Below are positions 1-10,095 of a DNA stretch of 36,103 nucleotides, one piece after another (positions within the stretch are counted from its first letter, which is position 1; each line of letters starts with the position of its first letter). The position numbers and the translations under genes are program-made. This DNA comes from Octopus bimaculoides (lineage: Eukaryota): assembly GCF_001194135.2 (NCBI RefSeq), contig NC_068990.1, positions 2,550,181-2,586,283 of the forward strand, given 5' to 3'. Below the pieces are notes generated by a model. It saw only the letters and a program-made list of their open reading frames with translations. It was not told the DNA's origin and made no database searches.

Positions 1-240
1 CTTGCTTAAATAAAAGAAATTTTACTTAACAAACTGTGACGCTAAAGACCGATGTTACCGTGGTCTTTTCGTAGGTTTTTCTTTCCACGGATAACCTCCC
101 CATTTATTGGGAATTTTTTGTATTATTTCGTATTTTTTGTAAATACCCCAAGCGTTTTGCGATGTTTTTTTCATCGTTGTCCCCACTTTTGTTTTTTTTT
201 CTGCTTTGTTTTCGACCCCCTCGAAAAGAAAAAACTCTAC

Positions 241-290
241 ATTTGTATTTTGTCCCCTCTGTGTTGAGCCCTGTGTGGCTAATAAAGAAA
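241..290 (+). mobile_element. 3' tail fragment of an octopus-type SINE
   Basis: TTTGTCCCCTCTGTGTTGAGCCCTGTGTGGCTAATAAAGAAA resembles the SINE 3' tail I recall from octopus genomes. It runs into a (CTAT)n array. No database search was done. Confidence 0.4.
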
Positions 291-291
291 C

Positions 292-327
<36 letters not shown>
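291..327. repeat. (CTAT)n tetranucleotide microsatellite
   Basis: Directly visible tandem CTAT units. Confidence 0.95.
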
Positions 328-328
328 T

Positions 329-1052
329 GTTCTTAAGAGGCTTTCGAAACTGCTTCAGCAATTTGGCACAGTACTCTCCATTGATAGCCTGGCTTTTTTG
401 AAGTTAGTCGATAAACACAATACCTTTTCAATCCTAAAGGGTTGAGTTCATCATCTTACGTGCGGATGAAATGACCTTGGCCTTCTATGGAACAGGTTAG
501 GAGAGATGTTCCTAAGCATGGATTGTCTCTTTGTTTCTGGCTCAAAGTGATAAAGCCAGTAGTTACCCAGCTGGATCGGATTTCTTCGTGATACGCTGTG
601 ATGAGTTTACAGCGCTTTTGATCCGGTGTAAGAAGATGTGGCACCCACCGAGCAGAAACATTTATCATACGAAGTTACTTTATAGTCAATTGCCTGTCAT
701 CCATCAGCATATGATGATCGCTATCAATGCTACCTTGGTGGTAGCGTTTACAGGACGTCCATAGCTTGGATCATCTTCCTTACTCACACTAAAATTCCCC
801 TCCGAAAATTAAGCCTCCCACTTCTGCACTGTTGATAAAATTGAACTTCATCTTCTAATGTAGCAACTATGTCAACATGAACGCCCTTTGGGGTCTACCT
901 TTTTTGCGGATACTTAATAAAGTCACAATGCCAAGTTATGCTCATTTTCAAGAGATGTCAGTATTAGTTACTTTTGAAGTCTTCTTTGAACAGACAACTC
1001 TAGCATCACTCCTTCATAATCAGCCTATGAACTTTTCAGCCCACCCACGCAT
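329..1052 (-). mobile_element. Decayed mariner (DD34D-type) transposon, 5' two-thirds
   Basis: Minus-strand translation gives LSTVQKW..EDDP.GRP (HTH region), VSARWVPHLLTPDQKR (WVPHEL-type motif) and AINGEYCAKLLKQFRK, with stops and frameshifts. The left TIR-like sequence GCGTGGGTGGGCTGAAAAGTTCATAGG at 1024-1052 is shared with the copies at 4739 and 6107. Confidence 0.9.
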
Positions 1053-1392
1053 GACTTTGATTGTGTATACAGGATAAATATTTCTCTGAAGCAGGTAAGA
1101 CTGAGGGGACGGTATCAAAATTTTAATATTTTGTGAAATATTGATATTCTTCATGAATATTTTCTATAATGTTTTTAGGACCACCTGCATCATCAAATAT
1201 TTAAGGGTGTAAGTATTAATCTTCTCTAAAACATCATACACCAACCTATATTATCCTCCAATAATCAAGACGTAATCTGTAGGTAAGACTAATACTTCTA
1301 AGAGAAATATAACTCATGAACCTAGTTCAGTAGTATCATGTGGCAAAGTCGACTTTGCTTCTAAAATTTCAAAATTACCAAGACCCACACCT

Positions 1393-1695
1393 NNNNNNNN
1401 NNNNNNNNNNNNNNNNNNNNNNNNNNNNNNNNNNNNNNNNNNNNNNNNNNNNNNNNNNNNNNNNNNNNNNNNNNNNNNNNNNNNNNNNNNNNNNNNNNNN
1501 NNNNNNNNNNNNNNNNNNNNNNNNNNNNNNNNNNNNNNNNNNNNNNNNNNNNNNNNNNNNNNNNNNNNNNNNNNNNNNNNNNNNNNNNNNNNNNNNNNNN
1601 NNNNNNNNNNNNNNNNNNNNNNNNNNNNNNNNNNNNNNNNNNNNNNNNNNNNNNNNNNNNNNNNNNNNNNNNNNNNNNNNNNNNNNNNNNNNNNN
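1393..1695. other. Assembly gap (N run)
   Basis: Run of N. Confidence 1.
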
Positions 1696-1744
1696 TATAT
1701 ATATGCATACATACGTACATACATGTATGTATGCATGTATGTAT

Positions 1745-1803
<59 letters not shown>

Positions 1804-1815
1804 CTGTGTGTGTGT
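1696..1815. repeat. (TA)n/(TG)n compound microsatellite
   Basis: Directly visible TATG, TA and TG tandem units. Confidence 0.95.
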
Positions 1816-1955
1816 ATGAACAAAGCCAAACCCATATTATACGAGGTGTGTATGTTGTTAGAGAATATATTCTCAGAGCCCTTGGTGTAACAAGACCTGA
1901 ATGCAAGTCATAGCCAAGCGAGACAAATGACATCAAATCCCTTTCTTCAGAGCTA

Positions 1956-2474
1956 CAGAGATGCCTGTAATAGGACATCTAACCCGCTAGAAATAGCAGC
2001 AAAAGACTACATACCACAAAAAATTAGGGATAATTTACCGCGTATTTGCGGTTTACCTATTCGGCAGTAAATACACAAATGTCGATTTTCTTTCAGAAAT
2101 TAGCCAAAAACAAATGTTATCATTATTTTTGTTGGCTAATTTCTGAAAGAAAATCGGCATTTGTGTATTTACTTCCGAATAGGTACACCGCAAATACGCG
2201 GTAAATTTGGAAAATTAGATATTCGAACACGAACCATGCTCCCTATTTGATTCGTGTCTCGAACGTTGTCTGGTCTTCTGCCGATGATAGTCCGACCTTT
2301 GTGAGATATATAATTTTTATCTTACTAAAATTGACTTGAAACCATGGTACAGAATATAGATTGGTAAATGTTTTTATTTTTCATTCCCTTTCGAAACTAT
2401 CCCTAATATTTTGTGGTATGTAGTCTTTTGCTGCTATTTCTAGCGGGTTAGATGTCCTATTACAGGCATCTCTG
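1956..2474. mobile_element. Non-autonomous Tc1/mariner-superfamily MITE with 77-bp TIRs and TA target-site duplication
   Basis: 1956-2032 (CAGAGATGCCTGTAATAGGACATC...) and 2398-2474 are reverse complements with 1 mismatch. TA flanks both ends (1954-55, 2475-76). The ends read CAG...CTG and there is no ORF inside. Confidence 0.9.
2032..2207. repeat. Long inverted repeat (hairpin) nested in the MITE
   Basis: 2032-2107 and 2132-2207 are reverse complements at 73/76 positions, around a 24-nt AT-rich, partly pairing loop. Confidence 0.92.
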
Positions 2475-2503
2475 TATTTTAAATGAATAATACATAGTCT
2501 ATT

Positions 2504-3055
2504 NNNNNNNNNNNNNNNNNNNNNNNNNNNNNNNNNNNNNNNNNNNNNNNNNNNNNNNNNNNNNNNNNNNNNNNNNNNNNNNNNNNNNNNNNNNNNNNNN
2601 NNNNNNNNNNNNNNNNNNNNNNNNNNNNNNNNNNNNNNNNNNNNNNNNNNNNNNNNNNNNNNNNNNNNNNNNNNNNNNNNNNNNNNNNNNNNNNNNNNNN
2701 NNNNNNNNNNNNNNNNNNNNNNNNNNNNNNNNNNNNNNNNNNNNNNNNNNNNNNNNNNNNNNNNNNNNNNNNNNNNNNNNNNNNNNNNNNNNNNNNNNNN
2801 NNNNNNNNNNNNNNNNNNNNNNNNNNNNNNNNNNNNNNNNNNNNNNNNNNNNNNNNNNNNNNNNNNNNNNNNNNNNNNNNNNNNNNNNNNNNNNNNNNNN
2901 NNNNNNNNNNNNNNNNNNNNNNNNNNNNNNNNNNNNNNNNNNNNNNNNNNNNNNNNNNNNNNNNNNNNNNNNNNNNNNNNNNNNNNNNNNNNNNNNNNNN
3001 NNNNNNNNNNNNNNNNNNNNNNNNNNNNNNNNNNNNNNNNNNNNNNNNNNNNNNN
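2504..3055. other. Assembly gap (N run)
   Basis: Run of N. Confidence 1.
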
Positions 3056-3272
3056 ATATATGTATATGTATATATGTGTGCATGTATGTGTATGTATGTG
3101 CATGTGGGTATGTGTGTGCTTGTCGATGTATTTGAATTACGACCCCATCACAAAATTTGACAAATATTTTTTTATGCACCCCGTACCTTAGAAGTTCGGT
3201 AATAGAGATATAGAATATGTCGCAGATTTCCAAAAAAAAAAGGAAGTTCGGGAATTAGTTGTTGTGACTAAC

Positions 3273-3394
3273 CCGTTAATATATCGTTTATATTTTGCAA
3301 TTGTATGAAACAGATTTCTGCTTGTGCGTATTTGAGCAAAGTCATTCCCACAGTCCTTAAACCTTTGCAAATTATGCTCTTTGATATATCTCAC
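3273..3394 (-). CDS. Candidate coding exon, unknown product (speculative)
   Basis: 122-nt open frame VRYIKEHNLQRFKDCGNDFAQIRTSRNLFHTIAKYKRYIN between a weak acceptor (ttcatAG) and a GTTAGT donor. No homology recognised. Confidence 0.2.
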
Positions 3395-3879
3395 CTATGA
3401 ACTACATATAAATTGAACTACACGCAAATTGAAAGTAAATTTGTGGTTGAAAATGTGCAATTATGATTGCCTTGCCTACAGTTACAAAGATAAAAGGCTG
3501 GAAATCAATTGTTAGAACTTGTGACTTCATTTTCTTTCAAATTTTGTTCTAAATTGTTAGAAATGCTGTTTATAACAGATAAAGTGTTTCTCAATGTAAT
3601 ATGACGAGTAAGAATTGTGAATTAGGCATCGAATTCAATGCCAGTCAAACAATATAAGTTCGATACATAGATCCTCCCAAAACATATGGTATCGCAGTTC
3701 ATATTCATATATTATTTGTAGAAAATGGATGCAGATATGATTTTGACACATCTGGAATTCTGCACTAGTATTAATGCATTTTCAAGTAACTATAGCAGTA
3801 AAGAAGTCTGGTACTCTCCGGACCCTAGATTATTTGAATGCATTTGAAACCATAATAGTGATTTTTAATATATGAGACG

Positions 3880-4560
3880 ATAACCTTCAACAGTCTGGGG
3901 CAGGATATCTGCAATTTACCCCCGAAAACTTACGATTCCTATATTTCTTCTTCAATTGCATCAAGAATAACATTTTTTGTACAGCACAATGGCGTTATGA
4001 ACCAAACTATCAATGATCTGAGCTACGTTTGTAATAATAATATAATATCATGATATGCAATATCGCCTGCCAACTGGACACCAATGTGTACCTTATCATG
4101 CAAACGAAATCGAATTCAATAAAACGATTCACTTAGATTCATACAAACATGAACAGTTTAGTGATATTATTTCAGCTCAATGTGGGAAAATTAGAATCAA
4201 TGAAATATACCAGAAACTTATATTAAAAGAGAATATTTACATTCCGCTAAAGTTATATATTTGAGAGCAAATATATAGTTGGTATCCAGAAGTGTTGAAA
4301 TTACATTATACATACGGTGAATTATTTTACAATCTGCCACCTTGATCTTGAAAGGAAATGCTGAAGGCAAATTACATTCGTTTTCAATTGAGTCAACATA
4401 ATTAAGACTAACAAAGTCATGCCGGAGATTATTCTACATTTACTTGGGAAGCTATATTACTGCATAGAGAGAACAACAAATCACACAATAAATTTTCGAA
4501 GTTATTTTTTCTAAAACATCTGACCCTTCAATCACTGTAAAGTACACATATTTAAAACTA
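3880..4560 (-). pseudogene. Heavily decayed hAT (Charlie/SPIN/GTF2IRD2-like) transposase C-terminal relic
   Basis: Broken minus-strand frames give SISFQD, MYNVISTL, NFPTLS and FGS*RHCAVQKMLFLMQLKKKYRNR, in the same order as the hAT consensus NISLQG, MYDLIRAF, HFPTL and FGSTYLCEQLFSLMK..K.KYRSR (dimerisation domain). Matched by eye. Confidence 0.5.
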
Positions 4561-4738
4561 TAGTTATAGTCTTAATATACAAGAGCCTCAAAAAATATGT
4601 TAATTGTTATACACGCAACATCTTTGCAACCTTGAAAGATTATATAATATAATCTTTAATTATATTATCCATTATACCGTAAAGGATAGCAATATATGAA
4701 TTAAACAATATAACCTATGGAACTAAATCAAAGACATA

Positions 4739-5166
4739 CGAGAGTGAGTTGAAAAGTTCATAGGATGTCTATGAAGGAGTGAGGCTAGAGCTGTGAAATC
4801 GTGTATGCATTAGTTTCTAAATTTCTAATTAATAACTGCATTGTTTCTTTCCAGGTAAACTGATATCTGACTATTCAAAGCAGACTTCAAATGTAACTAG
4901 TAGCATTTTTTCTTGAAAGTGGAGAAAATTTGGCATTGTGGTGTTAGGAAACACCTGCGGAAACACGCTTTATCTTCAATGACATTCGTGCTGACATGGT
5001 TGATGCACTAGCACATGGCATTCCAGCTATATTAACGGTGCAAAAGTTGAGAGCTGAATTTAGAAAGTGAAAGGAGGGACTTGAGGATGACCCAAGGTCA
5101 GGAAGTCATGCAGCTGCAACAACAGTAGAAAACATTGATGGTGTTCACCATATGCTGATGGTTGAC
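4739..5166 (+). mobile_element. Mariner 5' fragment (same family as 329-1052)
   Basis: TA followed by TIR CGAGAGTGAGTTGAAAAGTTCATAGG. Translation from 4919: (V)EKIWHCGVRKHL..DIRADMV..TVQKLRAEFRK*..LEDDPRSG..ATTVENIDGVHHM. Confidence 0.9.
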
Positions 5167-5361
5167 GTACCTAATAAAGCAATATATAATAATGCTTCTG
5201 ATGTGAAATCAGAGTTGTATATAACAATATTGATATGTTTATCTCTACACCATAATTCTCATATCTAAAGCTCATTCTCAACTCTGACCAAATTAATTTA
5301 TCTCAATTTATACTTGATTATGACTGCCAGTCGATGATCGAAAAATCCGAAAGCCTGAGAT

Positions 5362-5540
5362 AGTCCTTTTGCATTAACCCTACTCTGTCAAATATTATAC
5401 TTACTTATTCCTATTATTTTGAATTAATGATGCATTATATTCTAGCTTCACAATTTTGATAATGTGAGTATTTATTTTTAAAATGGCATCGTAGAGTGTG
5501 TAAGGAGCCGGATGTGGACGGCTTAAGGATAAAGGGTTAA
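5362..5540. mobile_element. Short non-autonomous piggyBac-like element
   Basis: Ends in AAAGGG-TTAA (5531-5540), with TTAA-CCCT at 5374-5381. The interior resembles an abundant TTAA-flanked octopus repeat recalled from memory. Confidence 0.55.
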
Positions 5541-5977
5541 ATGATAACTGTCTACTATATGTTCAGTTTAAATAAACAGGTTTTCTTTTATTTGTGTTTT
5601 AGAGCGTAAATTTCATTCTACACGCTACAAATCACTTAATTCCTGGTTATTAGACGTTCTTACCATTTTTAAGGAAATGATTCGTAATTTGTGTGGTATC
5701 CCCTTCTACTTAGAAGCGTTGTGTACTCACAAGAGACGGCACATGTCAAAGGTACTTAATAGGACGTGTTGGGTCCTCCACAAAAATAAGATTTTGCAGA
5801 GAATTAAAATATTTACGCCAGATGTAATCATTATATTTTAACCATATGATTGAAGGATACTTTGATAGAAATATGAGTTGGTCACTCTATTGTTATTTAC
5901 TAGAAACCTATATGACGATGCGCAATGTTTCCATATAATTTCATATGATTCCTCATTTTGATAATTTTGTTAATTGC

Positions 5978-6107
5978 CAGATATCAGTTTACCTGGAAAG
6001 AAATAATACATTTATTAATAAGAAAATTAGAAACTAATGCGTACAGTATTTCACAGTTCTAGCCTCACTCCTTCACAGACATCCTATGAACGTTTAACCC
6101 ATCCTCG
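5978..6107 (-). mobile_element. Mariner 5'-end fragment, inverted relative to the 4739 copy
   Basis: The reverse complement aligns to 4739-4869 at roughly 85-90% by eye, including the TIR and TTTCCAGGTAAACTGATATCTG. TA at 6108-09. Confidence 0.88.
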
Positions 6108-6168
6108 TATTTCTTCGAGTTAGGTAATTTTCATAAATATGCAATATAAAGGAAGCTTGATCACTTAC

Positions 6169-6227
6169 ATTCAGAGTAAATAGTTTAGAATGATCTGGAA
6201 TTTCTTTCATTCCTTTTTTCTTTACAT
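6169..6227 (-). CDS. Candidate 59-nt internal exon, unknown product
   Basis: Acceptor ggtgttttgcAG and donor GTAAGT. One of three frames is open: (D)VKKKGMKEIPDHSKLFTLN. It could alternatively be a decayed hAT C-terminal fragment. Confidence 0.3.
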
Positions 6228-6830
6228 CTGCAAAACACCAGGTGAGAGAGTTTGTAAATAATTATTCATTTAAACGGTAAGGTGAAATTCAGAAAGCTGA
6301 GAACCACAACGCTAATATTGCAAAACCGAGCAAAAACACTGTTTAAATCAATTGCGATTCATGGAAATACATCTCATTTCCAGTGTTTTGATAGTTTATC
6401 ATTTACTTAAGACACCATAATAATTTTTCAGATTCATTTCTACTTGATATAGTTCGTACAACTTGATAGCATTGCAACATAGAGTGAAATCTAATGAACG
6501 ACTTGGAAGATATCCAAATAGATGAACAAAAGGAATTTATCATTAATCACTGTCTAGTCTACTCTAGTATGATGCTGATAGAATAGAATGTAGGACTACA
6601 TTGTTAGCTTTTTATTATAACCAACTTGCTCAAAGAAAAATCTGAACAAGGCGATATGAAGAACTCATCAGATTGTAGACATATTTCTTGTAGCTCTCAT
6701 TGTAAGTTTTGTGTATTGATAAAATCAAGTAAACTATTCGGATAATCTATTCCCAAATACAACCATTTTATATAAAGAGAAAGGTACAGTGGAAGCGATT
6801 ATCAATGCCGTCACATATTCACATACTCTC

Positions 6831-6985
6831 CTCTACGTTCTGATTTCAAATCTCACCAGGTTTTGCTGTAAACTCTTTTGGGGGTCGATATGTCGGTATA
6901 ATGAAGTAGCAGTTAAAAACTAGTTCAAAGTAATCGATTAAGACCCCCTGCAACCACAAAATGCTGCACATCTTGCGCCTGTTCT
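6831..6985 (+). mobile_element. Degenerate tRNA-derived SINE (5'-truncated)
   Basis: B-box-like TTCTGATTTCAAATC, core GGGGTCGAT and TAATCGATTAAGACCCCC match the better-preserved copies at 9420-9641 and 33889-34093. Confidence 0.6.
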
Positions 6986-6993
6986 CCTCCTCA

Positions 6994-7049
<56 letters not shown>
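6994..7049. repeat. (TAC)n microsatellite
   Basis: Directly visible. Confidence 0.97.
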
Positions 7050-7220
7050 AAGGGCGGTGGTTTGGGACAATCACAAGAGCGTCGGAAAATACTTCAGAGT
7101 ATTCCCAATACTGTTCGAGTATTGGGATCGACATAACCAACTACTAACTTCTTTCCTATCAAGATTTTAAACGACTTGGCTACGTTGGTAAAAAATTGAC
7201 ATACTTATTATTTTGGGGTC

Positions 7221-7405
7221 GGTGGCGAACTCACAAATATCGCTAGAGATTCGCTGAAAATTCCTAACGGCACTTACACTTAGTTCAAATTCCGCCCAGG
7301 ACAACACTAACTTTCATCCATACAAAATCGACGATAAAATAATAGTCACATATTCGACTAAACCGATCGCCTAATCAACTGGTGGACTTGTGCCAAGAAT
7401 CTGAA
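7221..7405 (+). mobile_element. Degenerate tRNA-derived SINE
   Basis: B-box-like TAGTTCAAATTCCGCC, CTTTCATCC core and CTTGTGCCAAGAAT tail. Confidence 0.65.
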
Positions 7406-7406
7406 A

Positions 7407-7585
7407 GGGGCAGTGAGCTAGCAGAATTGTTAGCATGTCGAACAAAATACCGAGCAGCATTTCTTTTGTCGTTTGGTTCTAAGTTCAAATGCCGCCAAGG
7501 AATCGATTAAATAAGTACCAGTTAATCACTGGGGTCGATGAAATCAAGTAACTCCCTACCTCCGAATTCCAGATTTTGAACCAAT
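7407..7585 (+). mobile_element. tRNA-derived SINE
   Basis: Head GGCAGTGAGCTAGCAGAATTGTTAGC, B-box AAGTTCAAATGCC, core TAAATAAGTACCAGTT..CTGGGGTCGATG. Confidence 0.8.
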
Positions 7586-7604
7586 TGTAATTATTACTGT
7601 TATT

Positions 7605-8221
<617 letters not shown>

Positions 8222-8222
<1 letters not shown>

Positions 8223-8409
8223 AGTGAGAGAGAGAAGCTTGGGGGCTACTGCCTGGTACTCTATCAGGGCATTAACAAATTTGTGGTTTTGAGCAGAATA
8301 TTTGCTGTAGCCCACCTTTTGTACCAAAACAAAACAATATACATGGTAACACTTCCAGTCAGTTAAGATCGGAAGCCACGAGAGCCACTGAATAATACTG
8401 CATCAGAGC

Positions 8410-8410
<1 letters not shown>
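8222..8410. mobile_element. Rearranged partial second copy of the 7605-8097 repeat
   Basis: AAATTTGTGGTTTTGAGCAGAATATTTGCTGTAGCCCACCTTTT...ACACTTCCAGTCAGTTAAGATC parallels 7962-8058. Confidence 0.8.
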
Positions 8411-8459
<49 letters not shown>

Positions 8460-8483
8460 TATTATTATTATTATTATTATTAT

Positions 8484-8521
<38 letters not shown>

Positions 8522-8552
8522 ATAGTAGTAGTATTGCTATTATTATTATTGT
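8411..8552. repeat. Compound (CAT)n(TAT)n(TAG)n microsatellite
   Basis: Directly visible, with in-phase unit switches. Confidence 0.97.
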
Positions 8553-8559
8553 TACTCTT

Positions 8560-9115
8560 CTTTTTTTCTTCTTTCTCTTTCTTCTTCTTAATTCAGGCTT
8601 TACTGGAACCCCTGGAGTTTTGCATGCACAGCGGGTTTGCTACCTTCATCCCACGGTACCATACTATCTGCTCTTTTTCAACTATCCAATACTTTCCCGG
8701 GTATTGCAGCCATACGAAGGAAGCGAACCTTTTGCAACAGTTCTACTGGGCACTCTCTTCTGATTTCCTTTATATTCTTCTTGATGCCTTCTGATTCTAT
8801 CTACAATGACCCAACGATAATCTTCACCTTCTTGATTTTCCATAGCCGGGCTATTTCATACTTAAGAAGATTGTATTTATTTATCTTTTCGCCTTACTTT
8901 TGACTATTCGTGGGTCAAATGGGTAGGCAACATCAACTATGTAGCACATGTGGTGTTTCTTGTCCATAATCAGTAGGCCGGTGTGCTATTTCCTAGCACC
9001 TGATCTGCTTGGAATGGGAAATCCCTCATGTTTTTGCAGGTCTCCGACTCCGCCATTCTCTGCAGTGCGTTGAAGTTGCAAGCAATATCATTAATATGCC
9101 TTCGATCTTCCTGAT
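8560..9115 (-). mobile_element. 3' fragment of an R4/Dong-like non-LTR retrotransposon (restriction-enzyme-like endonuclease domain)
   Basis: Minus-strand translation: RRH..QRMAESETCKNMRDFPFQADQVL / LIMDKKHHMCYIVDVAYPFDPRI / EKINKYNLLKYEIARLWKIKKVKIIVGSL / LLQKVRFLRMAAIPGKVLDS* (stop at 8678-80). This matches the R4/Dong C-terminal pattern KILWDF..TD..PD...IIDVA.PFD..EK..KY..L..EI.RLW...LLQK. A 3' UTR and AAG/AAT tail follow. Confidence 0.8.
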
Positions 9116-9419
9116 TCATCTACAATGGACCCCCATTGCAACAATATTCTAGCTCTGTGCCTATATTAGAAACAATAATTTTATTTCTTCTCGGCAGATT
9201 AGAAAAAAAACAAGAAAAGCAGTGGAAGTTGCACAACAACACAGAAGCCATACCATGGTGGGTGGTGATAACAGATTCAAAGAATTGCCGTCCGTTCATC
9301 CCAACTAGCAACGCGAAAACGAGATTAAAACCATAAACAAGAGGGGAAACTAAACGAATTACCGGTGAAATTACAAACAACTTCATGAAAAGCCTAATGA
9401 AGAACAACAATAGAAAATC

Positions 9420-9641
9420 TGATATTGATTTCAAATTTTGGCACAAGGACAGTGATTTAAAAGGCGGGGTTAAGTCAATTAAATTGACCCCATTGCTCAA
9501 CTGGTACTTAGTTTCTCAACCCTTAAAGGGTAAAAAGCAAAGTCGACCTCAGCGAAATTTTAACTGCGAACGTGAAGATTAAGAATATTGCCGTTAAGCA
9601 TTTCCCCTACATATACAAACAATTCTGCCAGTTCAACGCCT
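9420..9641 (-). mobile_element. tRNA-derived SINE
   Basis: The reverse complement has head AGGCGTTGAACTGGCAGAATTG, GAGGTCGACTTTGC core, AAGTACCAGTTGAGCAATGGGGTCAAT and tail CTTGTGCCAAAATTTGAAATC. Confidence 0.85.
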
Positions 9642-9818
9642 GAAGGCAAAACTGATAATGAGACATCTGTTCCTCAAAATACGTTTGGTGATAAAAGAAA
9701 TGTAAATTTGTTAATTTAGCTTTCGACACGTAGTATTGATAAGGTCGATTACCTGGAGGGGTTCAAGGTCAACAATTTCTGAGGAAAGGGGGTCAAGTCG
9801 ATTAAAGTGAATTCGATA

Positions 9819-9872
9819 ATTGTTGTTGTTGTTGTTGTTGTTGTTCTTCTTCTTCTTCTTCTTCTTCTTCTT

Positions 9873-9953
<81 letters not shown>

Positions 9954-9977
9954 GTTGTTATTATTATTATTATTATT
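9819..9977. repeat. Compound (TGT)n(TCT)n(TAT)n microsatellite
   Basis: Directly visible, with in-phase unit switches. Confidence 0.97.
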
Positions 9978-10095
9978 TTATGTTTGACTTTTGTTTTGCA
10001 TTTGTACAAGTTGGATCCAAGTCTCACCCAGAGACCTCAAGAGACAACAAGTTAGAAGTTCATGTAGGTGTTATGCCTAGGGTACCATTGGATAT
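9978..10095 (-). mobile_element. Extreme 3' end of a LINE (probably a second R4/Dong-like family) with an (AAT)n tail
   Basis: The reverse complement ...GAGGTCTCTGGGTGAGACTTGGATCCAACTTGTACAAATGCAAAACAAAAGTCAAACAT runs into AAT repeats. Family assignment is from memory of octopus LINE 3' UTRs. Confidence 0.55.

Noticed and set aside
1343-1358. 16-bp perfect palindrome GCAAAGTCGACTTTGC
   Set aside because: Short, overlaps the GTCGACTTTGC SINE core word, and has no supporting structure.
3273-3394. Faint resemblance of LFHTIAKYKRY to a CFAP91/MAATS1 motif
   Set aside because: Only a few identities and poor flanking match; no gene symbol assigned.
3934-4017. 84-nt minus-strand exon-like segment with GTAAGT donor
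   Set aside because: Stops in all three frames; better explained as part of the hAT relic.
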